Positions 51,801 through 64,000 of a stretch of DNA of 64,000 bases are shown in pieces; position 1 is the first letter of the stretch; each line of letters begins with the position of its first letter. The notes beneath the pieces are model-generated. The model saw only the letters and a list, made by a program, of their open reading frames with translations, had not been told where the DNA came from and made no database searches. Both the position numbers and the translations under genes were made by a program. Origin of the DNA: Phallusia mammillata (Eukaryota); assembly GCA_965637545.1 (NCBI GenBank), contig OZ281495.1, positions 23,064,001 to 23,128,000 of the forward strand, read 5' to 3'.

Positions 51801-53464
51801 TCGTTAAAACCCTAAACAAACTGGTTAGGCTTCTTTTAAAACTTTCCTTTTGCAACCCTGGACTGTGCAAAACGCTCACTAAAAAACGAGTGGGCCTATT
51901 GAAATGAAAATAAATTAGCTGCAGTGTTTTGATAGTTAACGCACATATTGCAAACAACATTCCGACATTTTCCGTCCTTATTTTACGTTAAAAATCGGTT
52001 TATGCGATACTGTTTGCAGAGTTACCAAATAAGTCGATTTCCTATAGTGTTCTGCCTGAACTAAGACGTTTAGCATATCTATTTGCAGTCATGCAAAACA
52101 ACTACAGGCACACACAAGAATAACCTATATATTGGCGCACAACTGCCAGAAAAGCAGTAGTTATGAAAACGTTAAAGTTTTTTGTACTTGTCAGTCTTGT
52201 TGTTACCGTTAAAACAGATTTAGTCGCAGGGGTTTCACACATCAAGTCTTGAAAGTTACGTAGGTGAGTTGAATAGAACCAAAACCATATTGAATTATCA
52301 TAAAAACTGCCCATATAAAAGGTGGTGATGTTCTGTTCATGATTGAAAATGTTCTTATCGAATGTTTTGATTCAATGCTTTAATTATACGTAGTTCAAGC
52401 AACAGGTCAGTAACTAAGATATTTGAGCCTTTATCAGCCACACCAGCTTCGTTTACCGCGATCCGCTTGTAGGCAGCACAGGCACTAAGAAATTGCTCGC
52501 TCACAGGATTCACCGTTAGTTTGCTTGACCCCAAAACACCGTGCTCTCTTAAAACAGTCGCATGGTAAACAACAGTCGGTCAAATCCAAATGAAATATTA
52601 GTATAAGTTATTCGTACTTGATTAGGGATAAGTTAACCTACAGATTTTCGTTTATACAACCTGTACCCAAAAGTGAATTTTTGACCAGAGAATTTTCGAC
52701 AAGAGAAAAATGTACAGTTTGGTTTTAGTTTCTTTAAAGCCAATTGGTTTAAACAAGCCACCACAATTAGATTTCGATATAGTAGAGCACTATAAAGGAA
52801 GTTACTGCAGGATCAGTATACCGGACATGAGCCAAGCACAAACGTTAACGGAAAGGCCCCGAAGAGGAACGTTACCTCTCTCTAAACTTTCATAACAACT
52901 ATTTTGTTGACTATGACCTCAGAGGTGGTTTTTGATAGATAGGTTAATGAAGACCACACTAATGGATCGAAAGTCCCCAAATCTTTTGAAGAAATAGATC
53001 AAAAAAGCGGCTCGTTGTGAGTAATTAGTGCACTGGACGACTTAGGTTGCGAAAATTTGACCCAAATAGTTACCATTTGGTTTTGACAAAATGCAGTTTT
53101 TGCATAATCGTTAAAACCAGCAGTGAGATTCAAGTTTTTTATCAGTCGGTTCTATCACGAAAGTCATATTTTCAGCCGGTTCTGTTACAAAATGTCCATT
53201 GACAGTAACCAGTAATGCTAACCGGTTCGCTGATCTTATAAAATTTTGTGAGACGGTTCTATATCTCACCACTGGATAAAAACCCTAATCAAACTGGTTA
53301 GGCTTCTTTTAAAACTTTCTTTTCGCAACCCTGGACTGTGCAAAGCGCTCACTAAAAAACGAGTATTGAAATAAAAATTAATCAGCTGCAGTGTTTTGAT
53401 AGTTTAACGCACATATTGCAAACAACATTCCGTCAGTTTCCGTCCTTATTTTACGTTAAAAATC
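48860..53464. repeat. Tandem triplication of a ~1.55 kb unit
   Basis: Units start at GGTTTATGCGATACTG (48860, 50442, 51997) and end at CGTTAAAAATC. Unit 2 is 1555 bp and units 1 and 2 are nearly identical. Unit 3 is more diverged, with a ~245 bp deletion and a MITE insertion. Repeated ORFs in the ORF track confirm the period. Confidence 0.95.
53118..53274. mobile_element. hAT-type MITE (157 bp) inserted in unit 3 of the tandem array
   Basis: Absent at the homologous site of units 1 and 2 (TCGTTAAAACCCTAA). TIR CAGCAGTGAGAT / ATCTCACCACTG (10/12). Degenerate TSD GTTAAAAC / GATAAAAAC. Confidence 0.85.
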
Positions 53465-55452
53465 GTTCTCATTTTCCGTTCGCATACCAGGCGTAAAACA
53501 TCATCACAGAAAGAACTGGTCAATCTTATTTAATACATTACGTAACAAAACAAAATAAAGCCACCCACGGCACAACAGTGCACCCACTCTTCAATACCAC
53601 ATGCACGTGTTTATGTTTTTTCTTAGTATGGTGAGACTCGTATACAGAAAATGACAGCAAGAAGGGTTTAAATCAGGCTAAGATAGCACATAGCGGATAT
53701 AACTGAACGAACCTTTCTGCAGAAAATATTGTTTGTCTTTTTGTGACCAGTTTTGGAAATGTAACACTTGTGATTTTGCGTTTGAAGTATATATTCTTAT
53801 AGTTGGATCAGCTTTGGTTCGTGTGTCTAAGCATATTTGGTAAATAAAGTTTATTTTTCATGAAACGCGCCCGAGGTTTAGCTCTGTGCGTTATGGAAAA
53901 GCAGATTTGAAATAAGCTTCTTGCAAGTTCAAAAGTCTTAAAACTAGTTTGCTAAACAAATACCGTTTAATCAACCGATAAGATTTATGACAAATCCATC
54001 TTTTTTATGTACGTGGCTAAGTAAAACGTATGTTTAGTTATTGATTTGTTTATTAATTAAAACACTTTGCTTTACCTAACTTTTGGCCCGGTGTCGTTTG
54101 GTGCCAGTGAAGGCAAACAATAAGTATATGCGGAGGTGATGACGTAACACACGTGTTATGCATGTGCATGTGTTTCTCGGCCCGTATATTGTTTCAGGCA
54201 ACCTGAGTTCTGATAACATAACATTATTACTTTTGTACGTTTAATAATTGTCTTCTGTTGATTACGTTTCGTCATGGTCACAAACCTTGCATTATATTTT
54301 AGCCAAAATTTTATATGTTAGCCTGTATTTTTTTTAAAGCGACATCCTAGTGCAGAGAACACGAATGCTAATTTTGGGGACTAAATGCTGTTTTCATCTT
54401 CAATTTTGTTTTGCGTGGTCGTTCGTGATTTTAGTCACGCCTAGTTAGATTTACAAACTTTTGCAAATGTATTTCCAAAAACTTGTAGTCAAAATGCGTG
54501 GCGTTACAAAGCAAACGACGTGCTGCCCTGAGAAAGATATGCAAAAAGGTCAAAAGTTTTATCCAACCGGCTGATTTAAATATAGAATGAAGTTTCAACG
54601 AATTCTTAAATTGTTGGTACTTTCCGTCGAACCTTAAAATCCGCCAATTCGAACGATTACTCCCGTTCCAACTAGCTGTAAGCAACAGACGACTATCATG
54701 CCAAGCAATAGGAAGCACGACATGCTTGCTTTATCGGCAATGTTTTTGGTCAGCAACAAGAGTAGCGTTTTCCAAATTTTTTGAATTAGATTCACAAGTG
54801 CGTGGGTAGTTTAAATGTGATTGGTTTTTGAAAAAGTGGTAAATTGTTGTGAAGTTATGAAGTTCAACGTAATATTGGGTGCCATATAGTCTATGCCGCA
54901 GTATAGTATAGAAAAATAGCGTTACCTTTTATGGGTTTTTGGATTTCACCCTATAAAGCGAGTTTCGGTCACGATACGTTCGCGAGTTTCGATAGCAAAA
55001 GATGTATATGTTTGTGAACCACTTTAGTGGTCACAGAGCAGCCTTTTTCCCACGCAAGACACCCGCCCGTAATTTCATCGGCATTTAGCTCTAAGTGAGC
55101 GGCTACGTGTTTTTTCTGGCACAATTTACGGTTGAGTGCCGACGAACGCAAGTCGCAGAAGCTTGACGGCATTTTGCTCGTGTTTACCGGCGTTTTTGGT
55201 ACAGACAGCGAGTGTAACGGAGAAGCAAATACCACCTAACGATTTTACTTCACAGTTTTTATTCTACTGGCATAAAATAGTGTAGACTGTAAGGGGTACT
55301 TTTCCATGCGAATTTCAGACTTCCTGGCAGATGTCAAGCTGATTTTGGAATGATAAATTTGTTAAATAGTAAACACGTGCATGCGATAATTTTGTTTTAT
55401 AGGACGTTTTTCACTTTAGGTTTTTGTGGGCTATCATGAATAAACTGATACA

Positions 55453-58400
55453 ATGACTTATAAAGATGATGGTCGATACATGGAGAAAAGAGTTGACCCT
55501 ACGGGTGAGTTATTGACAACAACGTTTCAGCTAAACAGTTACATCCTTAAAATTAAAACAGGATAGCATTGCCGAACGTGCTTTGGTACGTTGTAATGTG
55601 ACTCCGACATCCTGTTACTATGCCTGGAGCAATTATTTTTGCGAGTTAAACTGTTTGTTTTTGTCTAATTCTTAAAGGCGTATCAACCCATTCTGCAAAG
55701 TTAATTTTTAACAGCACTACTAAGCGGATAAACCGGATTTTACAACCATTGTAAACTTTCGCTACTATTGGGCTACTATTGGACAATAAAGATGTAAGGC
55801 CATGTTGTTTTTAAAACGTGTTGTTTACACGCTTGCCACTGGCATATACACGGTTGTTGCATTTTTTAAAATTTAATAAACTTGTCAAAAATGTTGTTTC
55901 TTACACTTAATAAATGTATTTTTCTATCGCACATGATAAACGCATTTGGAAGCACCTAAAACCATAAAAAAGCAGGTCAATTAACTAAAGAGCGTTGTTT
56001 AAAAAATGTATGATCCATGTTGGTACTTGTGCGGTATTTGTAACCTTAAAATTTCGGCGCAGACCACATTTTAAACGACAACGACGTGGGTGTTGACTAC
56101 CTTGGTCACACGGTGTACGCGGAAGCGCTTGCTGAAACTATCACCAATGTGAAAACCCCCGTCACGATCGGCGTCTTTGCGAGATGGGGAAGTGGAAAGT
56201 CCTTCCTGGTCAAACACGTCTGCAGTGAGTTTCTTCCTTGAATTTTGGAATTCCAACAACCCGTTGTTATCACAACCCGTAATTTACAGATATCCTTCGA
56301 CGCCGACAAATGCAAGGCGAGCACGCGTTCCATCGCGATGAGCGCTTCAGGTGGTTAAAGTGCTTACTCTGGCTGCTATGCCCTGCACTGCTCTTCGTTG
56401 TTTGTCTTTTCCTGTCCGTTATTCCAATGACTCCTCTTTGCCAAGTTGCATTTCCAGTCACAACCCCATCACCCACTCTTGACGGAAATAACACCACAAA
56501 GGCCCCAAACAGCACGCAGACATTTAACTGCAAGCAGGCTATGTCTTTAGCCGGTTTAGTGAGTTCCCTATCACTTGCCGTGCTCTTTTTCTTGATGCTA
56601 TGTTGCCTCAGCCGGTGTTCCTCGTCATGGCTGCACAACCTCAAGCTTCTTTTTATTGCCGCCTTTTCAAAACTTCCTGTTAGCAGCGAAGAAAGGGCGA
56701 TAGTTGGCGGAGATGAGGAATTTTGCGTACTTCGACGAGCTAAGTCGGAAAACTCAAATGATACAACGACAGACGGAAGCACAACTCCCCCAAAAGATGT
56801 TGAAGCAAATGAAAGCAAACGAAAACAAAGTCCAATTGTTAAAAGGTATTAAGTACGTTACCACATGTAATAGGGAAAATAATGGAGTTCATAAAACTTC
56901 TTCTTTTAAAACTTCTTTAAGATTAAGTTTTCACATAAGCATGTAAGATATCTGACTATTTAAAGCGCCGTTTTTTCGTTTTTCGGTGAATTATTTGAAA
57001 CTATTTTATTAAAGTTAAATTCTATCATACCTCGGCCAGGCTTGTTGATATCGTCTTCAATATTGCTGCTATTGTAAATCACAGCTGGTGTTTAAATGTT
57101 CCGTCTTTAAGTTTTGCGAATGACGCAGTGGGATTACTAATATACTTTTCCAAACAGAAGCACGTTAACCTGTTTTCACCCATTCACATCTTCACAGTAT
57201 ATAAAAATTAAAAAAAATGATTGAAATGCTACAATAATAATTTTTCGTTCAGGTACATCCTTGTGAACTTTAACGCCTGGGCATACGAGGGAAGTGACAA
57301 CCTGTGGGCTGGAATCGCAACCAATATTTCTGAGGCTGTAGAAAAAGAGTTTGGGTCGATAACATCGCGACTCTTCCGACTTTTAGACGTCGAAACCGTA
57401 TCTCAGGAACCAGAAAGCCGCCACGCAATAAAATCTCGACTCTTCTTCGCAGAGTTCGGGGCGAATCCACGGCTCGAGATCTTGGAAGGTGTACTTCAGA
57501 GCTTTGGCGTCCTCTGCAGATTTGAACCGTACACGACCTGGAAAAATCGAAAAGGGCAGCGCGGGCAACAACCGAGTGGTTGTGAAAAGTGGTGGGTGGT
57601 AGAGTATTGCAGTAAGTTGCAAACTCAAACTGCCTGCGAGAACATACGGAAGGGGGAGATAAAAGTGCAATTTACGGATCCATTCGGTAAGGCAAGTGCC
57701 CAGAACCCTGGCGTCCATGAGCAAAACGGTTCAGCTTATTCTCGAAACAGCGCCCGGCAAAACGAAAACGGGGTTACACAAACCGACATCAACATGGTAC
57801 AATTAAATGGACAAACTCAACAGAGCCAACGCACCGGAAGCAACGGGAATGAGGAAACTCCCATGCTAGACGAAAACCATCAAAACAACAGGAACGAAGA
57901 AAAAGCGTCGGAGGCATATGAACCACTTTGGGGGTGCTGGGAACTGTTCAAAAATTTTCCGAAGACCAGATGCCATATACCAGTTCTCGTGTGGGTGATA
58001 AGCCTAATTCTCGTCCTGGTCGTGTTGATTCCGATTGCGTCGTACGGGACAGCCGTAAGTATATATAACTTACGTGGGGTTGGAAGGGGTTTTTATTTTA
58101 AGTATTTCTAACACTATTTCCTAACTGAAGTTTACATTTCAGTTCTTGATAAGACTAACAACTTGAACATTATTTATCACAGATTTAAAAACCTTAAAAT
58201 ATAGGAAAATTGCCGTTTCGCTCATTCATAAATAATAATTTTTGAACTTGTACACCTTTTTTCTTGTGGGAATAAAATTGTCAAATAACGAAATGAGTTC
58301 AATAGTGAACCGAAAAATAATTGATACAGTTGTATTTTTACCTTTTGCGCTTCCGTACCAGGTTTCAGTCATCTATACTAAACTGTTTTTGCTATATCCA

Positions 58401-61400
58401 GGTGTCTCAGGCGATCCCTATTGCTGCAAGTGTTTTTGCCTGGGTTCCCGGTGTTGTCGCATTTCTATCATCTGTATGCGGTGTTGTGTGGGCGATGTTT
58501 CACTCCCAGACATCGCGGATCACTTCTGCACTGAAAGGGGTCAAATCGGACATGGAATCTGAACTGGGTGTCATGGACAAAATTAAATACGAGGTGAAAT
58601 GCAGTTCTTTAGGTTTGACAATTTTTCGAAAAACTAACAAAAATACATTGTTGTTTTGTAAGTTAATATTAGTCTTCGCGATTTTAAATATTTACCATCA
58701 TTGAGAAAACTCTTTTGATTTTGATGAAGGTTTTTACCCTTTGGAAGCCCGTTCCTCTACGCGTTTCCAAGACAACTTACGGTTTTGCTTTAATTAAATT
58801 AATTTATCTTTTGTACACAGATCAATGTGATTAGTAAGTTGGTCCAATGTACTCGATTCTCGCATGCAAAGGAATACAAAATAGTTTTGGCAATCGACGA
58901 TCTGGACCGAATTTCACAACATAAGGTAAAATTTGCTCTTTTATTTTCCCCCAAAATAGAAAACTAATCAAGTAGTGCTGTAAACGAAACATACGGCATA
59001 TTTATTTCCCAAGCTGTCAAATCAATACGCTTATAGTTTTGAAATGTAATTCTGCATAACCTGTGCTTATGATACCAGTTGGTGTTAAACAGCGTTTCTT
59101 TATTTTTCAGGTCAAGTCTGTTCTACAAGCAGTCAACATTTTGCTCAGTGACCGTTCCTCTCCATTCGTATGCATGATAGCCGTTGATCCGCGGATCGCT
59201 GTCAACTGTCTTGAAAGTGAGATGAGTGAAACCCTGTTGCAGGCAAATGTGAACGGACATGAATACATCAAGAAAATTATCAACCTTCCATTCTGCCTTC
59301 CTGATGTAAGATAAAACAAATTGTGCATAATTTTATCGGCCTATATTATGATTAAAGCAACGTATATTGTAAGTTACCGACTTGGACTACAAACAAATGG
59401 TCGTTATATCGTCAAACTAATTTCTTAGTTCCAAAGACATTTGTATGAGTTACACTATCTCAGCTTTTATACTAGGATTTCTAATGCTATAATACCATTG
59501 GCTGTGCTTATAATAGCCGACCTGTAGCTTCAGGCGGTGTCGACGGTTTCTCGCTGAAAACGTATTTTTATAATTTACAGGTCGGAAAGAAGAAGCAGTT
59601 TATCGAAGGTCTGATAAGTGAAGCAGACATCACTACCAGTGTGTTTAAAAAGTTTGTGTCTGTCACAGGTAAAGCATTTAACACTGTATTTCTGTAATGT
59701 TTGGATCTTTGAATGTACCTGAAAGCGAATGTTTTGTACGAATTAAACCTTCGTGAACCTTGTAAAAATGAAATACTATTTCTGGTTGCTCAGTTTCGTT
59801 CATTTTTGATTGTGTATAGATTCATAATAGGCATCTTTTTTCACTCTGTTTTTCGCAAGGTAACTTGTTCGCATAAAAGCATTCTATACGGCTTGGATCC
59901 CATGTATCATGCCTTTCCCACATGCTTCATTCTTGCGTTTATTACTCCCTTTCAGCGGACCCACCCAGTAACAGAAGAACCGTGGTGGACGGAGATGAAG
60001 CGGACGAAGACTCAGTAGACGGCGTCGAATATTCTGACACAAGGTCGTTGTCTAGAACAAGCCTGGATAGCTCGACAATGGGAGCTTATTCTTCGGGGGT
60101 ACCCAGACCATTAGGTTCCCATCGAGTTGCAGATGGAGCACCAGTACCTAGATCAGTAGCAGTAACACATAAAATCAGAAACCTGCCAGCCCAAGGAGAA
60201 CCACCAGTACTGGCACCGCAAACAACTAGCATAATTACAAGGAAAAGTCTACCCTCCGATACAGATTCGTTGGACGAACGGAATACAAGTCAGAGATGGG
60301 GTATCAGGTATGATGCCTTACTATACTGTAAAAGACAAGGATCATGAGTCATACACATCAATTAATTAATGCGATCAGTTCCCCCTAACATGTGTGATTC
60401 ACTTGGCAGGCCGAGTTTGTGTAGCTAAGTGGGTGAGAGCCAGTATCAAACATATAACTTTAGTTAGTCTCTAAGCGCTAACACCAAATAATTGTGTCAC
60501 TGTTTATTTTATTACAGGAATCAAGATATTTTTCAACCAACACCATCTACATCTAATGCTACAATGCCACAACCCGCTCTTCGAATGTCAGATGGTTAGT
60601 TTAGTGTATTCTTTTTATGACTTTTGGTTGCATTCCCATTTTCGTACCATGACTTTAGGCTGCTTGTTATTTGCATTTGTGCACAGTATGCTCTTGTAAC
60701 CTTTCGTCAATTTTCGCAGGTGACGTGAGAGATTCACACACAATTACTGCACATGTAATCCTAAAGGCAAAATTACAGAATAAGAAAGGTGACGTATTTC
60801 TTCACCCCTATACTTTTCTTTGTAACTCCAGTATATTGTCCTGTTGTGCATAAATACCAGTTTTTACAAAGCGATGTATTTTTTGCCCAAATGTTCTTCA
60901 TGTTTAAACTACTTTCAGCTGTTGGGCCTGGGCATGTAACAGTTGCTTGTGTAATTATTATTCAAAGTTTTCTGTTTAGCTTACAAAATACAGAACGTGG
61001 CCGGACCTACGAGTCCAAACAGTTGTTATGACACGACTGACGCTGCCCCAGTCTCACGAATGAGTAGCTGGCAAGAACCCAACGAGAACAGTATTTCATC
61101 ACGAGCAAACAGCATCCGAACACCACGTTCCTCGACCTCATCCTACCAAGGTTAGTACCTTTAGAAAAATGGTACTTCTGATTCTGATGGTGCGTCAAAT
61201 CTCATATTACAAGTGCCAAAAGCCCGAAACATTTTGCATAATCTGTCCGTCAAAAACAGACGAGTCCTTCTGTTTACTGTTTAAAAGAATCTGGTGTTGT
61301 TGTTGTAATAAAGATCCAAAATTAATTTCGAAGAAATAGAAGCAACGAATAACATGTCGTGTGGTTGCTGACAACGTGTTAGCTTTTTAAAGGCAGCGAA

Positions 61401-63899
61401 AAACCGACTCCTATGAAAATTGCGTAGAGGCTGAAACCGAAAATTCCGAAGGGAAGTCCCGGGTTTTGATGTTTTGGCCCAAGTTGAAAGATATTTATTT
61501 TTACTGTTGCACTAATATCCAGAAATAAAACACATATGTGACCTATGTTTGCAAAATCTTTGCAAATACATTTGGAACAAAATAATAACCATAAATTGTT
61601 GATATACCAGCATCATCTGTCGATATTCCTTCAGTACCACCCGAACAAACTACAAACGAGAGTAAGTTAGGAACCAAGGATTTTCTTTACGAATGCAAGT
61701 AAGTAACGGGCAAACGTAAAAACCATATTGGGTTTAAAATTATACGCTACAAGTTGGAAGTAACCTTCATTCCTTAAACTTAGCTACATAGTTTATTAGT
61801 TCTGTTTACTAGTTTTTAAACGTTATTTTTTGTCGAAAACGATATTGTCAGTCTCGGATAGGTGTACAAAGTAATAAAAACTAAAGAGCATAACCTTACT
61901 TCTTTCCTTCTTCAGGAAATGTTTTCACGAGGATGACATTCTAACCACTCACTTACATAGCAATCCAAGGAATATTAAACGAATTTTCAATGTGCTTACT
62001 TTGACTGCTGCCATGATCAATTGCAAGTACAAAGTGGTAAGAGCATTTAGCTTTTACTACTTTACTATTTGGGATGTGATAGGCACTGAAAACATTCTAT
62101 CAGAATATGTGGTATATATTGTCATCTCTTAAACTGTACATGCACCATTAGCAACTTTTAATGACTAATGCATGACACGAAGATGTTTAAGATAAAGTGT
62201 GTCACTTGGAGTCACGAGCACTTTTGGTTTTCCGCGTACAGCTAATTTTGATTTAAATTTTAGCTTAATTTTATGACATAAGTACTATATGTTTAATACA
62301 TCGTGTTTCTAAATAAAGTTATTGCCCTTTAGTCACAAATGCAACATTACTTTCGAAATGCTAGAAGATTGGAAGAGCAGCAAGATGACTCTGGACATGC
62401 TATCGGAGATTTTGATGAAATGGACGCAGGTATATGTTTCTCACATGCCACTTTGATTGATTTATGTTTTATGCAGTGCAGGGTAAAAGGTATAGCTCAA
62501 CTTAGCTTATTTGAACATTTATTATTTAGGTAGCTTTTAACAAAGTATAGCAATTTAAAAAGCAACCAACATGCGTAATTTTAACTTAATTACCACAGAG
62601 GCCACAGTATGTAGAACTACTATGCGCGCTTACAAAAGTGGTAAAAATGGGGATTAAGTCTTTCGTTAAAAGCTATTGGTAAGTTTTGGATTTTTGTAGA
62701 CGCAAGGACAAAGAGTCTTGCCCAGAAGATTGCCCGCTGGGTGGTTTTAACCGACCAGTGGCCATACCGCACCAGTTACATCTTACAAGTGATCGAAGAC
62801 GCTGACCAACGTACCAGTGCAGGTCGAGAAGGGGAAGATATTCCAAACCACATGTCTCTGCACAAAATATACGAGTAAGAAAAAGATATTGTTTTTTTTT
62901 ACCATGAACAACATAAAGAACTGAAAAACTGTCCAAAGCACCTGTCCTCTTGAGTAGTGAAATGTTTCAACCCAACATACAGTTTGGGTTAATCTTTTCA
63001 CTATTTCACTATAATAGGAGGGTAAAAGGGAAAGGTGTTGAAAATGTTGTGGGAGAAATACCATGCTACTTATTATGGCTAGTATTTCAGTGAAAACTGC
63101 AACATGACAAAACATCCCATTACATTGACGCGTTCAACTCCTTATTTCTATTCTTATTTGGTTGCTGATCTTACTGCATGAACATGTAGGTTTACTTATG
63201 GATTTGTCTTTTAGGCGTCATGTTCGGGCAGAGTTGGGAAACACTGACCTGAAAAACAACCGTCTTTTGGCGTTGGACGGTGATGCAGACACCTTCTACA
63301 GCTACCTGAAACGCTTGGGCGCACAACACATGAGCAAGGGGACAGCCAAAAGCTTGCTTAGATACACCATCAACCTAGATCATAGCATACGACTCACGAT
63401 AGCCAAACAACGAGAAGAAATAGATATGATGAGGGAGAGCACCATCCAAGCGGCAACAGAGGCCCCGCGCCAAATGATAAAAGTGAAGCAGAATAGAAAG
63501 CGGCGGCGTCAACAATCGGGTCAGTCGTTCCAGCAGAGTCCGATTCCTGGGTCAAAAAGATCTTCGTATGTTTTTAAGACCCTGGTGCAACAAGATAGCC
63601 TAACGAATCGTTCTCCGGTACCTCGATCACAACAAATTACAACAAGGGTAAATGACAACAAATCCCCACACAATCGTCGACCCGCTGGAGACTTCTTAAA
63701 GATGACGAACCCAATAGGGAAGCAACAAGTCTCGCCAAACCAATTTCAAAATGTTGGTAGAGAATATGAAGACGAAGAGAGAAGAAGCAGTTTTCAACCA
63801 ACTGACGACCATGTCAAAACTTCTCCAGAAGTTGATATTTACGACCCTCCTGGTTATCTACCAAATGACTTAATTTTAGGAAGGCTGGCATCAGCCTGA
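55453..63899 (+). CDS. KAP-family P-loop NTPase, NKPD1-like (no ankyrin repeats), 16 exons, ~1305 aa, two transmembrane hairpins
   Basis: Exons 55453-55504, 56063-56224, 56290-56845, 57253-58054, 58402-58593, 58821-58925, 59111-59305, 59581-59668, 59956-60307, 60518-60594, 60980-61150, 61611-61698, 61916-62036, 62333-62429, 62700-62874, 63215-63899 (3918 nt, phases consistent). KAP motifs: DYLGHTVYAEALA, Walker A TPVTIGVFARWGSGKSF, VNFNAWAYEGSDNLWAGI, Walker B IVLAIDDLDR, YIKKIINLPFCLP, NPRNIKRIFN, WVVLTDQWPYRTS. An in-frame TAA at 55441 supports the ATG at 55453. Confidence 0.9.
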
Positions 63900-64000
63900 A
63901 ACAATTAAACAAATGCATTACACTGAAGTTTATATTTGGCTAGGTTTACAAATGTTTTTAGCTGTACAAGATGTTATAAGGGTAAAAACAGTTTTGCATG

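Noticed and set aside
48941-52895. Repeated ORFs within the tandem units (MGSFYDNS..., ...PVPKSEFLIREF...)
   Set aside because: They recur only because the DNA is duplicated. They show no domain similarity and are disrupted in unit 3. No snRNA, 5S, tRNA or spliced-leader sequence was recognised in the unit.
60408-60445. Pol III A-box-like TAGCTAAGTGG (tRNA or SINE head)
   Set aside because: No B-box or cloverleaf follows.
1-64000. CRISPR arrays, rRNA/tRNA genes, prokaryotic operons
   Set aside because: The sequence is eukaryotic, and no repeat-spacer arrays or structural RNA genes were seen.

Overview
Eukaryotic genomic DNA with GT-AG spliceosomal introns, many 50-80 nt long. The compact genes and gene content suggest an ascidian (tunicate); this is an inference. 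Five spliced genes can be reconstructed by hand with phase-consistent splice sites. (1) Islet LIM-homeobox gene, minus, 6 coding exons, lying in a ~30 kb CpG-rich region with no other recognisable gene and no recognisable intact transposon. (2) Mitochondrial ribosomal protein MRPL46, plus. (3) Axonemal dynein intermediate chain DNAI1, minus, with an RFX X-box in its promoter. (4) SLC5A8/SLC5A12-like sodium:solute symporter, plus, carrying a 1-nt frameshift and a GC-AG intron. (5) NKPD1-like KAP-family P-loop NTPase, plus, ~1305 aa. Also present: five distinct hAT-type MITEs with 8-bp target-site duplications, a threefold ~1.55 kb tandem duplication, a Penelope-like hammerhead vestige and a possible sulfotransferase pseudogene. 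The most notable observations are an RRM-like fold apparently inserted inside the membrane-anchored KAP NTPase, and an ATG-less in-frame 63-codon N-terminal extension of Islet starting at GTG.
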